Shown: in pieces, positions 42,906 to 57,494 of the stretch
How the letters are laid out: each line of letters opens with the position of its first letter
How positions within the stretch are numbered: the stretch's first letter is position 1
Assembly: GCA_030141605.1 (NCBI GenBank)
Contig: JAQGDQ010000341.1
Span: 1-64,000 of the forward strand
Source of the DNA: Tubiluchus corallicola
Lineage: Eukaryota > Animalia > Priapulida
Direction of reading: 5' to 3'
Length of the DNA stretch: 64,000 bases
Position numbers and translations under genes: made by a program
The notes under the pieces: generated by a model
Databases searched by the model: none
Told to the model about the DNA's origin: nothing
The model's input: only the letters and a program-made list of their open reading frames with translations

Positions 42906-45900
42906 CCCGAAACTATACCTTCGCTTCGCTTGGTATTAACTCCAAGTTGTGGAGTTAATAAAATGAATTGAATTTTTATGATTTTCCATATCACTGGCAC
43001 GATGATTTTCCATAGTGACTCTCATTTTAGTTAAAACTAAGATAATATCGTACAATCTTTACGTAGTTCTACAGGAAGAGGAGACTCTTGGGGTAATTTT
43101 AGTGCTTGCTCAATCCAATGCGTATTCTTAATTACTTGTATTTGTTTACTCCAAGTTAATAAGTTAACACCTGGACTGAGAGCTGATCAGCTACTTACTT
43201 ATGTAGCTAGATATATTGCAAAAAGATTTAGCAAACTACAACTCTAGATTTGAGAGATGATGCATTGTGGGCTGTGGCAGTGGACTGGAATGTGTGGCAT
43301 CAACAGGTGGGGCGTGCCATGTTTTTTAGAATATAGCAGCACCTAGACGACGATCCTGCAATTCGGCTTCCTGGTTTAATCACAATTAGTAATTTAATTT
43401 TAAAATAACCACCAAAACTTACATAAGTGTATTTGTTAATTTGGCACTCCACGCACTTTTATATGAATATTGTTATAAATTTATTGACCACTAAAAATTT
43501 ATGCCATACAAGTTTGCACATTTAAAAATCACAATCTTCTATCATTAATTCCAAAAACTGAAAAACAGCTACACTGGGAATAGTTGTGTGACGCCAGCGT
43601 GCAATTTGTATCCGCCAAACAACGTCCACTCGATTTCATAAAGGAACAAGGTGCTAAATTAACATGTGTTAGATGAGGTTATTAATGCTTTTAAAACATC
43701 TGTAAATTTTACAATCTTCCCATGTAAGCAGGCGTAAATCGTTGCACAATTTAAATCTACGATGAACATTGTAGTTTGACATATATTCACTAACTTGTGT
43801 GGTTATCATGATACAAAAGTGTTACATGTCTAAAATTACAACGTTTATGGTGATATCTAGTATACTACATTATATTGCAATAGTAATCCAGGAACAAAGT
43901 TCTATTCATGTAGGCATGTTAATATTTGATACTTCTGTGGTTTTTTTATACTCAAACCCAGTTGCTTTCAGGACTGATTGACTGAGATTACTGATTACAT
44001 AGGCACAAGACATGTGTGCTAAAGTGGAGTATTGATTTTTAGCTCCAGCAGGTAAAAACTGTACCAGCAACATGCTGGTAGTGAGCCAAGTGACATCATC
44101 ACCCATTTACCTTGCATTGATGTTGCATGTGTGTCACGGCAATTGTATGGTACAAAGGAGTCCTTAAAGTAATGTGTTAGTACGGTTGAATTGGCCTTTA
44201 GATATACAGCTGTTTCTCAGTTTTTGCCTTTTGTGTTTGTATGCACAGCTTGTTTTGCTGAATTGATTATATGGAATATTCCAGAAGGAATTAACAGTGC
44301 AGTAGAATTAGGCTGATGTGTATGTATTGGAATATACAAAAACCGTTATGTGGCAGGACAATTGGAGTCACATAAATAAAACCAATTTCAATTTACTTTA
44401 GATTATCATGGTGTGATAATGCAGTTAAGTCCATGCTCACTTTAGACAAAAATTGTATTCTTAAAACATTTAACCTGATGAACTTAGTATGTTTTTCATA
44501 GGATGTACTATTGCTCCCATCTGTGTTGGCAAGTTAAAAATACACACTTTCAGCAGCGGTTGCAAATCTCTTACTTTATAACTTAACACTCAGTCACAGT
44601 TCATGGCAATTTGGTCAGCATATTTCTACACTGTATTTCTTCCTCTGAAACCCCTATAGAAACATTTGAGTGTTTTATAATTACTAGAGTATTAATATTT
44701 GGAATATATAAGTCAGAATAATATATAAGGTAAATTAACGCTTTTAAATTGCAATGAGTATTATTTTCTGAGTGGCACTATATCAGTGTTAGTCCAAAAT
44801 CTTATAAAATTACAAAACATTAAAAAATTTTGGATCTGTAATGTGGCAATCAACAAATCGTGGAACTGTTAGTTGTTGCAAGTGATGTGCGGCTACCTTG
44901 CACTGCTACAGTATCAATAGGTCTCTGCACTTAAAATCATTCAGTTAGGTCAGTCGTTCATCTCACTAAATAAGCCCTTAAAATAAATGTGGGTCAAAAC
45001 TTAAGTGTACCACAGCAATGTGTCTTAACTACAACCGTCACATGGCATGTGTATAAAGCAAAGCCATCTGCAGCATTAGTTCAGTAACGGCACTTGTTTC
45101 ATGTGGACTCTAATTAATTATGCATCAGTTTATGCGTAAAGTGATTTACTAGCAGATCTTGCTTGGCAACAAGAAAAATTGAACTAGGTAAGGTTGTAGC
45201 TAGCTGTTAAAACGGTTACTGTACTGTTGAGCTTTTCACGGAATGACTGGAACTGTGAAAAGGCTTATTTTCTCCTTTGATTTGAAATGATGAGTTATAT
45301 AAGTTGGCTTGCCTTACAACTTATAATAGCTTCTGAGTGAGAATTAAAAACCTTGCATAGCATTTTTCTAGCATAGTTTAAAGTAGTTTAATAAAATTCA
45401 AATTTCAGTTTAGATTCAGATTTCTGAAAACTGTGATCTATAATATTAAGCAATCACACAAGCCAAATACTAAACTTGATCTGTTAAAATAAATAACAAC
45501 CTTAATAACATTTTTAATTCACTGATTTTGAATTTTTAAAACTTTGATGGAACCAGATAGTGATTCGCCCTGTGTGAATATACTGAAAACCGGGACATAA
45601 AACATCATAATAATACATTGTCTAGGCAGTAGTGATGTACTTAAATAAGAAACCTTGATTGCCAAATGACTTGCACTAATTCAGTTAACTGAGCTTACTA
45701 TTGTTTAATAAGTACATTAATTCCTCGCTTAGCAATGCTATTGACATCAAGCATATTGGCCTCTCGCTCCGCCTCTGCCGTGACGTAAGCACTGTCAGTA
45801 GCTTTCGGGATAGCAGCTCACGCTGGATAACAACTTTCTTATTCTTTACAATTTAAGCAGAAAGTAGCTTCGAAGTTCTAAAGATCTACAAAATTTGGAG

Positions 45901-47817
45901 ACATGAGTTCCAAATCGTCGTTAATATTAAGGAATTAATCGGCTTCTTGCTTTAAGACAAATGGGCAACAAAAATATTTACTAAAGTCCCTCTTGCCTTT
46001 ATACAAACGAACATATTATATTTGCACATATTTTTTACATTTAGCTGCTCATGTGGTCATCTGTAAGCTTTTGGCCACTTTTTGCATCTTTCCAACTGTT
46101 TGTTGGGTCACAGAAATGGAATAACTTTGATTCTTCCATTCCATAGATGATCCTTATATCGGTTGCCTGAGTTACATAGGTCCCAATTGCATCTTTTATG
46201 TGTAAAACTAACCATTTCAGGATACTAATATTACACAGATATGTAATATAAATTATGACTGGCTTGACGGATTTGCTGACTAGCTTATTCCTTTTCCTCA
46301 GCCTGCGCAAATCTACTTAGATCTGGGTGCTCAGGCTGTAATTTTTACATGCAGTTTAACCTTGAAGGATTGAATCATTTATACCTGTTAACTGGGGCTT
46401 CAACCTGAAGTTATAAATTCTATCTCACCTCTCTTCAGGTAGGCTATTTGATGTTTGCGATCATTAAAGCAGTGTCAAATGATCTGCCTATTATTTAGTT
46501 TAATTTGTCGTTTTTTAAAGTTAATCAATTAGTTTTGCCTAACTTGCAAAATCATAAATTAAACTAAACTGCGTATTTTATTACAGCAAAACAGTTTAAT
46601 CAGCAACTCATAGTTGTAGGCCTTTTGCATTTCTTCCTATAAAAACAAAATTAGACTATTTATTTCCACTAATTCACTTGAAATTTCAATCGACAATACA
46701 GACAATCGATAATCTGTAATAAAATCTAGAATCAGACAGGTGTCTTTCTGGTGAATTAATGAAAAGTTGAGCATTTATCATATCAGTATCACTTACCGGG
46801 AATACAAAGCTGTAGCTAATGTGTTGAATGAATACACAGACTCTGTAGGTGTGTGAAAAATATCGCACGCTGATTAGGCAGTCAGCAGAGCTTGACTAAA
46901 GATGATTGACATTTCACTTGACGTCAGTTGTGTTTCAGAAGAGTGCGAGATTAACCGAAACATCATTAAATGAAGCCAAGACCTTCGTAGAATGTAATGT
47001 AAAAGAACTGAGATACCTTCCAGAGCCAAAAATTAATGCTGCTTAATTCATATTAATTAAATGTTTCATGAGTTTTATTCATATTTCTGCCGATTAATTT
47101 CTTCCTATTGGCTTGAAACCACCTGTCTTTCTTACCAATACCTAGCTAGCAGTTTGTCTTTCGTTAACATTTAAGTTGAAGTCGTACGCAGTTAGCATTA
47201 AATGTTATGTAATAAAATCCAAGCTCCAGGGGTTGCTAATATAAAAAATTGCTTTGAGCAAAGTAAAAATGCCGTCGCTATGAAACACACGTAAGAAAAT
47301 GAAACATGTGGTGCATCGTTAAATGAGAAAAATGTGTCTGCTGTTCAGTGTCATTAAAATGAAACTTTGCTAAATGAGGAGTTGTTAAGTAAGAATTCGC
47401 TGTTTTGTACATATTCTGGCCCTGGAAGTGATGCAATGCATAACAGTCTTCATTTAATACTTGTTTTTTTAGAAATTTTCTTAGGTATTCTAAAAATGAA
47501 AAAGATATAGTAAGTGCAAGCACTGAGGTGTACAAACACTTATGAATACAGATTGAACTGAGATGTACAAGCACAGATTAATATATACATGCATGCAGGA
47601 AATGCATATGTATACATTTTGCAATACTCAGTCATCCTGTATTTAATAGTATAGTAGTCATCGAGGCATGAGCTCAACAGCAGCATGAGCTAAACATGTT
47701 TTATTTTAGTGTCTTTGCAAATACTGTATCTGTAGTCAGTCCAATTTTCTCTCGAGAGCAATGTTCAAAAGTAATTTTAGACAGAGTTTACTTTTTGATT
47801 TTTCAGAGCTATAATGT

Positions 47818-48939
47818 ATGCTTTTCAAGGTCTCATTCCAAACAGTAATAGCAAGCATGGATCTTCATTCTGATATTGATTTTATCGATTGCAAATCAGA
47901 ACCCTTGACTCCAGATTCAGCTGAAAGCAATTCAAGTGAAGGAACATACAACAGATTGGTTGCTGATGATGAGAAGACTGACTCAGATTTCATGTCACCT
48001 GCCAGCATAGCAAAAGTGGAAGATTGCGACGATGAAAAGCTTGAGTGCAGCTATTGTAGTGCAGCATTCGAATACTACATTGATCTCAGACAACACATGA
48101 CTATTCACGAGTGTCAACAGATGATTAAATGTTCTCTGTGCGAAGAAGCTTTTAACAACTTTGACAGCTTGAAAAATCACTTGCTTATTCATGTGGGAGC
48201 TAAGCCTTTCAAATGTGGCATATGTGAGGCAACATTCAGCCAAGCGAGTACTTTAAAAAAGCATCTTCTTATCCATTCAGGTGAAAAGCCTTTTAAATGT
48301 GCTGTGTGCGGAAGAGCTTTTAGGCAGTCCTCAGGTCTGTACAAACACAAGAAAATCCATACTGGTGAGCAGCCATTTAACTGCAAGGAACATGAAACGA
48401 GTTTTGATGTGTTATCTAATTTATGTAGGCATGCAAAGGTTCAGTTTGGTGAAAAGGTAACATCTGAGGTCCCAAAGCGATATAAATGTAGCTATTGCAG
48501 TGACATGTTCAAATACATCAGCCAGGCAAAAGAACATGAGAGACGACACACTGGAGACAAACCATTTAGGTGCAATCAATGTGATGCCGGTTTCTCTCGA
48601 GCAAATCATTTAGAAGCTCACATAAGAATTCACACCGGAGAAAAGCCTTTTCAATGTTGCCAATGCAAAACTAAATTTGCCCGCTTGTCCACACTGAAAA
48701 CACATGTTAGGACCCATACTGGTGAGAAACCTTTTAAATGTCCCGAATGTGGTTTACCATTTGGGGACAGGTCTAATTTGAGGAGACATCGGAACTTACA
48801 CAGCGGTGTTAAGCTGTTCAAGTGTGATCAGTGCGACATGTTGTTAAGTACTTCGTATAATTTAAAAGTTCATAAGAAAGTACACGATAAATATCGTTCT
48901 GATCCAACATTTACTATGCAGAGTAATGGGTCCAGTTAG
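47818..48939 (+). CDS. C2H2 zinc-finger protein, 9 intact fingers plus 1 degenerate, single coding exon (true start may be the ATG at 47857)
   Basis: Tandem C2H2 fingers with TGEKP linkers and an acidic N-terminus. A splice acceptor (tttttgatttttcag) ends at 47807, just before the ORF. Confidence 0.93.
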   Translation: MLFKVSFQTVIASMDLHSDIDFIDCKSEPLTPDSAESNSSEGTYNRLVADDEKTDSDFMSPASIAKVEDCDDEKLECSYCSAAFEYYIDLRQHMTIHECQQMIKCSLCEEAFNNFDSLKNHLLIHVGAKPFKCGICEATFSQASTLKKHLLIHSGEKPFKCAVCGRAFRQSSGLYKHKKIHTGEQPFNCKEHETSFDVLSNLCRHAKVQFGEKVTSEVPKRYKCSYCSDMFKYISQAKEHERRHTGDKPFRCNQCDAGFSRANHLEAHIRIHTGEKPFQCCQCKTKFARLSTLKTHVRTHTGEKPFKCPECGLPFGDRSNLRRHRNLHSGVKLFKCDQCDMLLSTSYNLKVHKKVHDKYRSDPTFTMQSNGSS

Positions 48940-50595
48940 TAAAAGAACTTAAACAATCACTAGTTTTTTGTTGCTGCTTGTATTAGACATATTGTTATTT
49001 TAGTAGTTTCATTTTTGTCAAATGTAAGAACAATGTTATGTAATAATTGCATTGTGTTTGTTTGTACGACAATATAAAGTATACAGGAAGTGGAAGTAGT
49101 AAAGCAAACAGGAACTTTTATTGAAAATTTGTGTTTTCTTGATTTTTTTCAATTTTTCTAATTGTACCAACAACCAACAATCTGTAATTTTTCCATTATC
49201 AGTCACAAATTATCATAATTTAATGGATTAGCTATTTTTTAAGAGAACTGAAACTCTACTTGGTTACTTTTCAATTTTAGAATAGGAACGGTAATTGTGA
49301 CCAATTAGCAAAACTCTCACAAAAATTGGTAGGGAAATTTGGGAGTTGTTTTTGTTGCATTTTTTTTGTTGTGTAACTGTCTTGTTTCTATTGTTTTTAA
49401 ATTGTTTTTGAATTATTATCATTGTCATTATCAAGATCATCATTATCATTATATTGTCATCAACATTGTCACTGATCATTATAATCATTACACCACGTGA
49501 TCTCTGTCAGCATAACAACAACAACGATGACAAACATAACATAAGCAACAGCGGTAACCTAAAGCTCTCTATACTTTCTTAGTATGAGCTAGATAAGTTG
49601 GAATCCAAATATAAATTTAGCTCTTAGAATATTAGTGAAGCAAGCAGCCAAACATGAATACAGGAACAGATTATCGTAATTAATTAAGGACAATTTATGT
49701 AATAGTTGATAAAATGGTTTTGAAATTAACTCTGTTGTGTTATACTGTTATACACCTGCTTAGGTGTGTAACATAATTTGAACAACAACACACTTGCTTT
49801 GCATTGTGTTAGTGTTCTTTATAACAGTGCTTATTGTTTCAGCTACAATAACCTGCCATCTTCTATATCCAATATTCTTTTGTATGTTGCATCCTGCCTT
49901 TGTTCAACTGGTCTTTCTAAAGTAACAAAATTAACTGTGAATGATAAAAGCTGTCATCACACAGACAAAGAACTTCACAAACATTTCAGGGTTAAGGCAA
50001 CTGTTATTGTAGAGGGTCTAATTAAGCCTCACAGCTTGGTGAAGCATGTAACTGTCAATGAGTGCCTTGCCTTAACACAGAGATTCTTGTGAAAAAGAAT
50101 AACATTGCTATTGCTGCCTTTCAAAAGACAGTTGTTCTTGGTTCGTTGCTAGATGGTATTTCTGTGGCGTAGTGTGTTATATTTTTGTTCCAACAATCTG
50201 TTCTTGCATGTTGTTGATCGAAACCAGTTTATTGATATCATGTCCAGTGGTTGACTTGTTGCAAAATTATGATAAGCTTGACGTCATTAAATCTCCTTTG
50301 TCAAAATTTTAATAATAATATCAATGATAAAGAATAATTTTGTATTTCCCAAACGTGATTTACCGGGCTTCTCCAAAATGGGAAGTGTTTGGGAAGAATG
50401 GACACAATAACGACGTAATTCATGACTTGTCAACGGCAGAGAATTTTTTAGATTTCCCATGTTGTTGGTGACCTTGATTTATTGCGCGAGTGCGCAGCGT
50501 CAGCATTTTTCGTGATCAGTGATACAGTAACAGTAGTTAACTTCTTTTGTATTTTTGGTCTCTTATTCTGCGTTTTCGTACGAAACTATATATAG

Positions 50596-52443
50596 GTAAG
50601 TCATATTTACAGAAATGTATGGCACTTACTTTAGGAAAACTTCTTAATGATGTCTATTGCGCGCTAGGTTAAATGTGCAGATTCTATCGCTTGCTGTTGC
50701 ATCAGTCGTGCACGTTTTTATTGCGCAATTGTCTGGACTTGGCTGTGCCTTTGTAGTTATGCTCGTTTAAATAGTTCGTTTAAAATTGTTTTACTGTTGG
50801 TAGAACAACGTATGACTATGTAAGCTGAGTCCAGTGATTAAACAACTCTACCATATGGTAGACACTACAGCTAGGCAGTGTCATCTATCACTCTCCTGCT
50901 ACTTTGCTTGTTACTTTTTGAATTCTGTCATAACCATTGCGATGTTTAATAATCATACTTCTGTAGATTAGTCATGCGCATAAATAGCCGCTTATTCAAA
51001 GCTTCGAGTGTTTTTGACTTTTTGAAAATTTTACAAAATACTATTCGATTATTTTATGCACACTGTATTGGCCACATGCTGAATGTCACCCGCTCTTACA
51101 GAGGCGAAAAATCCTGGAACTGAGCCAACGTCATTGTTCCAATAAAAACAATCCGCTGTTTTGCCTGTCATATGGTTCGGTCTGGCAGAAATAGTCATTT
51201 TACAGTCAGTGGCTCACTGCCTTTGTTAATTCACTGGCGAATCGGGTATACTTTGTCATGCATATGGGTCAAAGAGCTTAGATTGTGGTGGCATTGGAGC
51301 ATTTTGGAAAAATTATTAAAATACCATAACATTTTCATGATGTAAAAACATCAAAAATTATCAAACATCAAAGTTATCAAAAATCAGCAAGCTCCATGTT
51401 AAATTGTTCGTGTGTAAAGCTCATTTTTCAGTTCGTTGTGCAGTAATTAACACTACAGTTCAGTCCAGACAACAGTGTGGGTATAGGTAAATTTATCATT
51501 CCAAAGGTGGTAATGTTACAGCTGGCTTACACAGTGGCTAACAGTTAAGTAGTAATGCCTATATCACAAGTAGGATGTAACCAAAGTGACAGAGGGGAGT
51601 GTTGGCACAATTGAAGCCATAGTGCTCTTACACTTAACAGTAAATATATAATGTAACTGCTGTGCTGTATTTTTTATCTATTCTTATGTGTGGGCCGTAA
51701 TGAATGCGGAAGGAAGGTATCCCGGGTAGGATATTCGAATAAAATTTCAGACAGAATTGAGATGCCCAAGGTACTAAGTTACCCAATTTTCAGTGTCTCA
51801 CCTTGAATTGTAATAATGTAGAAAATTCAAAGTCAGCATGGCAATGGTTTAGCAAGGCCAGCTGGTCCTTCCAACGTTTTAGTAAAAAATGTTTAGCCAC
51901 AGCCAACGTTTTTTGCCATTTTGTGCTATGGTGTTTAGTCACAGTATAACGAAAGTAGGTTAGAGTACGGAGGTATTTTCTTAGGCAAAAATTTAGCCAC
52001 TTGATAATCACATATTTAGTCACAATTTTTTTTAGCCATTCTGACCAAGCTTTAGTTTTTAGTTAAAGGTTATGTAAGGCGAGTGTGCCCTGATTTAGTT
52101 CTGCCTCATTCGGCACTATTTTTCAAGTCTGCCTGTGACTCAGTTCAAATAGCAGATTAGCATTTTGTTGCAATGCTAAATATGATGTCTATATTATTAT
52201 ATTACTTAGCAAATATTAAATTTGTTATTGTCAGTAATTGCAGAAAGAGCTAAAATATACATAAGGATCCGAGCTATTTCTGTTAATTTAGATAATAAAT
52301 GGCCTTGTAAAAGTATTCCATACCATTAGACAATGTTGCGGAGCTTAATTTTTCTAGCAGCTATCACGGTCTACATAAAACATGGTTTTCGATATTTTTG
52401 GGGCAAAAGACGTGTAACTGATTGATTACCTAATTCTTTGCAG
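50596..52443 (+). other. EIF3J: Probable 5'UTR intron of eIF3J
   Basis: AG|GTAAGT donor at 50596 after a CpG-richer promoter-like stretch; ttctttgcag acceptor 36 nt before the ATG. Confidence 0.6.
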
Positions 52444-52479
52444 ATTGGTGTTTGTAAGTGGCGTTCGCATCAAGTGACG

Positions 52480-53199
52480 ATGTCAGATCCGGAGTGGGAT
52501 GCTGAGGACTATGAGCCTAACTTTCCAAGTGCTGTTGTGGCTCCTAACGTGTCAACACCTGATAGATGGGAAGGTGAAGATGAAGAAGACTTCGTAAAAG
52601 ACAATTGGGATGACGAAGATGAAAAACCTAAACCGGAGCAAAACGGTGAAGAACCCGCCATCAAAGCTACTCAAGTAAAGAAGAAACAAATGCATTTGAA
52701 AAAGTTAACAGAAAAGCAGGCAAAGCGAGAAAAGGAAAAAGAGGAAAAAGAGAGGGAAAAGTCTGACGAAAATGAAACGCCCGAAGATGCTTTAGCAGAA
52801 AAACTGCGGCTACAAAAGTTACAAGAGGAAGCTGATTTATTGCTTTCAAAAGAGCTAGTGGGTGATGCCGGCAACCGAACAGGAATCGATGCAATGCAGC
52901 CCATGTCCGCCGAAGATTTTGAAGAATTTGAAAAAGCTCTAAGAGAGAAAATTTTATTGTACGAGAAAAATGTCAATTATCCATTCTTTCTTGATAACCT
53001 CTTCCGAGATCTATGTGCAGGATTAGAAGCTGATGAAATCAAAAGACTTTGTGCAACACTTACAGTTCTAGCAAATGAAAAATTAAAGCAAAGTAAGCCA
53101 GCCAAGTCGAGAAAGAAAAAGGGAGCTAAAGTTTTCGTGAGTGATGCTACTAAGGATTTTGATGAACCAGCATATGACATGTATGATGACTTTATGTAA
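52480..53199 (+). CDS. EIF3J: Eukaryotic translation initiation factor 3 subunit J, 239 aa, intronless CDS
   Basis: Diagnostic motifs DRWEGEDEED.VKDNWDDE, LAEKLRLQKLQEEADL, GIDAMQP, FLDNLFRDLC and C-terminal YDDFM. The ORF-track start at 52438 lies in the acceptor; the real ATG is 52480. Confidence 0.96.
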   Translation: MSDPEWDAEDYEPNFPSAVVAPNVSTPDRWEGEDEEDFVKDNWDDEDEKPKPEQNGEEPAIKATQVKKKQMHLKKLTEKQAKREKEKEEKEREKSDENETPEDALAEKLRLQKLQEEADLLLSKELVGDAGNRTGIDAMQPMSAEDFEEFEKALREKILLYEKNVNYPFFLDNLFRDLCAGLEADEIKRLCATLTVLANEKLKQSKPAKSRKKKGAKVFVSDATKDFDEPAYDMYDDFM

Positions 53200-53285
53200 C
53201 GCGAATTTTTTTTAGGATATTAATATTATTACGTTTAAGAAAATGAAGGTTCTTGGCATAAGGTGACTGCAGTTGTTGCAACATA

Positions 53286-53457
53286 CAGTCAAACCTCTTT
53301 GTACTGCTTGCGTTGGGACTGCAAAAAAGTTGGTATTATAACGAAGTGCATTAATACATACATGTCTAAGTAAATGTGGACATTTCGTTTTATACGGCTA
53401 TCTAGGCATTAAACAAGGTTGGCATTACCAAGGGGGCGTTATAACGAGGTTTAACTG
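53286..53457. mobile_element. pogo/Tigger-like MITE, 172 bp, TA target duplication
   Basis: TA|CAGTCAAACCTC ... GAGGTTTAACTG|TA terminal inverted repeats with one mismatch. Confidence 0.8.
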
Positions 53458-53502
53458 TAGTTTGTGAATTTGACATCTCACGATGAGGGGGGACATTAAA
53501 TC

Positions 53503-53508
53503 AATAAA
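53503..53508 (+). promoter_or_regulatory. Candidate eIF3J polyadenylation signal
   Basis: First AATAAA I found downstream of the stop, followed by T-rich sequence. Confidence 0.45.
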
Positions 53509-56500
53509 GTATTTATTTTTCTGGTCATTTGCAGTGCAGTAAGCTCCAGTAGATTAATTAGTATCAGAGTTTAGTAAACTTATGGTGCACTTATAGTTTG
53601 CTACTAAGTGAGTAAACTGAAAACCATTTGTAATCAACTTAACATTAACATTTTCAGATTTTGGCTCTAAATTTTTCACATAAATATCAGTTTGGTTTTT
53701 GTGCATTTGCTTTGCAGCCTTGGCATTCATATCTCCATTGGAAAACTTGTATTTTAGTCATTGTAGTGGAGTTATCACATTTCTTTTCAAAGCATTTTGT
53801 TAAAACATGCGTGGCACAAATTTCTTCCCTGTCTTGTTATTCTAAGTTGCCTCTATACTTTTAAATTAGTATTTTGCTCTTTGAAAAATACTGGAGCTTT
53901 GTCGTTGCAAATGTCAACTTAATGTATGACTAAAATATGTAGCACATTGTTTTGCAGCAGTACAAGAAATGGCTAGATTATACTGAATCATCACCGAGGC
54001 AGAATATGTAGCTGCTCGCATGTATAGCATAATACTTGTTTCAATACACATTTGTACTGAGTTCATTCTTGAAAGATTATGCCCATGCTTAAACCAGTCC
54101 ATTAGTTCTTTTTAAAACAAGCATGCAATTCTCTTCAGTATTGTCGTGTATAGCTCTTATTGGACGTCTCAGTTGTATTATTGTGTTGATTCTGAGATCT
54201 ACAGGGTGCTTCAAAAGAAACAGTATCGTAGAAATTTGCTGTCAAATTACAAAGAAATGTGGCCGAGTGTTAAATAATATAGTAGGTGATTATACTACAC
54301 AATCACTGTTGAAAGTGTATGCCAAAACTTGCAGGCAAAAATTGAATACCAAACCTTAATTCTGATTAGCAATTTTGCTGTTAGCTATATGTTCAACGTA
54401 AAATATTTATTGTTACATACACATGCAAGCATACGTACTAAAAATAACAATAATAAGAGCAACTATTGACTAATATTTTTTATTAAATTGCAGTGTTGGT
54501 TCTACAATTTGTTTTTTCTTCTAAGTAAAAAGAGATAATTGATTAGCAGATTTTCTGGACCAATTTTATTATTCATTAACAGTGCCTTTTTGTAGTAAAA
54601 AATGCATTGTGACATGGAATATTGCACTTCTGCTAGCATACATTTGTTAGCGCACCATTTCTTTTGGAACATCCTGTATGTTGTAATGCTACACTAGGTT
54701 TACATTTGGATATTCTCGCATTAAATATGTGCATTTTTGGATTTTTGTACCAGGCAGGAATAACTGTGGTTATTTTCAATAACATGCTAAATGGTTGTGC
54801 CTGTGTGGTGTGCAACCGATGTCGCACTTACACTCGTATACTATGTTCTAATGAACACTGCCATGTTCTAATGCAAACTTTATGGTCGATTGTATGACAA
54901 ACAAAAAAGGGTGTCTGGGTTGTACAATAAAAAACTGTATTCAATTGCATGGCAAAAACAGCCTTTACGCGATACACTTGAAGTTTTGTTCGATACGCAG
55001 GCTAGGAATCTGTCGCCGTGCATGCTTATTATTTGAATCTATGAACAGCTGTTACTTGCATAGCATTTCCATTGCTGTTGCACTGTAATGCAACTGCACT
55101 TGCCACGTTAGTGCAGCAGTAAATTGTCAAGATGGTATGGAACCAACCTCTATATATGTGCAACAGTTGTAAAGATAGTCCTGTCTGTTTTGTAATGGTT
55201 AGCATTTTTCATTTTTATATAATGCGGGAAGCTGTTAGCAAAGTAATGTTGGTGTTCTGTTTTTTTCAAGTAATTCGTGACTTTTAATTCATATTTTTAC
55301 ACCATAAACTCATGTATGTGAAACATAAACTGTAATTGCTAACTATAGGCGTCACTATGCAGGAAGTCAATGTTCTGGTTTATTTTCATTTGTCACAAGT
55401 GAAGTGTTATTTCCATGGTGTACCATTTGATTTTACTAACTAAAATGCTAAAATAGCTTTGGCTTTACTAATTGAATCTATACCTACTCTCTGTGTTTTT
55501 CGCAGTAGTTAAAAAATTGTGGCATAACTCAGAAAATGCTTTGGAGACACGTTGTCTGTTTATTTTTCATGTAGCTTACTTTAACACACATCAGAATTTT
55601 TCTACAAAGGTTTTTTTGTAACAAAATTATAATATGCAGTTTCATAAGACTCAATATTAAATTCACTTTGTCGAATATATGGGCCAGTGTATGTGCTTAG
55701 TTTTATCTGGAAATTAAACCACTCGAAGAAAGTGTTTATACTATCACACATTTATATGCCTGAATTGTAAACCAGGCTTAACTCTGTCTATGCAGCTTGT
55801 TGGTTTAAGTTAGTTTTTAACATGCATATGATTTTTTTTTACCAAAATGAAGCAACTGTTTCACAAGTGACACTTTTTCTATAAAACAAAACAAAACAGA
55901 TTGTCTAAAACTTATTTTTTTATGGGGATAATGATGAAAATAAACTAATTAATGCAGTCACATTGTGCCTTCGCACTGTATTTAACTTCCATTTTTATGC
56001 TGAGAGCAGTGTATGGTGTATTATTATAAAAGTGCTAGTGTTATGATTCATGTTGGCAAATTGTCAACAGTCAAACTAGAAAAAAAACACCAGGTAAAGG
56101 TGTGATTCACCATTTTGCCTGAAAAGTTTCTTGTGTAGCCTATAATGGTTAGTTCATTATTTCCCAAGTGAAACGAAACAAACTAGATTACAATTAAGGA
56201 TGATACTTAGAAGTTTTATTGCAATGTGTTTAAATTACACGATGTGCCTTTGTAAAAATATTCTCTTAAAGACATTTTTTGCAGCAAGTAATGCATAAAA
56301 TAGGTGACATAAAAATTAGTTTGTGGTTATGAAATGAATGCAAAACATGGACATTTCAAATGTGGCCAATGAGTGACACTTGACAATCAGTAACCTCTAT
56401 CAAGTAATTGCTGAAGTGAAGATTGCCATGTCATGTGATTACCACGGGATCTGGTTCAAAAATGCATGGGCCAGTTTTATTTTAATTCAAAATTCATGTA

Positions 56501-57494
56501 AATCTATACTACATGTAATAAAAATGGTCAAATGTGATCAGCAAAAAATCATTACATCAACACATTACAAATTTGAATCTACATCCTCTACTGTCATCCA
56601 AGATAAAAAAGGTGATTCTCATTAAGAATGTCAAGGTTACATCAATTTGTCTATGAAAGTTAGTTTAAGAAAGAGGCATTGAAAAACTGAACTAACCAGG
56701 ATTCTAATCCAGAATGTCCTGCTTACATAACAGGTTGTCGCATCAGCGATATTATTGACCCAAACTAGCAGAGCTGGTCTGAATGCTCACCCTAGCGGCC
56801 TACCAGCATTAATCGGAGCCACCTATATTTTGAATATACTCAACAGTTCGACTAGCAAGCCTCTGCGCTTTTCTATGGGGGTCTTCAGAACACATTTGTC
56901 AGTGATGCTTGTATAAAAGCTGTCTGTATATGGTTAGTATTGGGTTTACAACACCCATTCACAAAACAATAGGCTTGCTTCACACAACACCATACTGCAA
57001 TGACTTTTGAAGTCTGAATGGGGCTAATGAAACAGACATAATATTTTGCATAAATATCGCTTTTAGTAAAATGATGCTAAATTGTATACACAAAACTACA
57101 CACTACATGCATCTACCACAGATGAAAAATGTTGCTATTTTGAATAGCCACTATAAAAGACAAAATGATTGGTTACAATAAACAATAATCAGTTTGCACA
57201 TCTAAATCAGTGCTTAATAAATGTGCTGTCAAGACTTTTTTAAAATATTGCGTTAATACTTTGTTTTAGACTTAGCATTAGCTTCAAAAGTGTCATTATA
57301 ATATTATATATATATATAATATTATATATTTATAATATGCAGTCTGATCAATGCTGTATTACAAAGCAACAAACTGGTACTGTAGATGTTACATGATTCT
57401 CTTCTAGTAACCAACTCGTATTATGACTAGGTACATAGGCATGAACCTAATGATGATTATTTACATTACAAGGTTTTAAAACAAGAAAAGTTCA

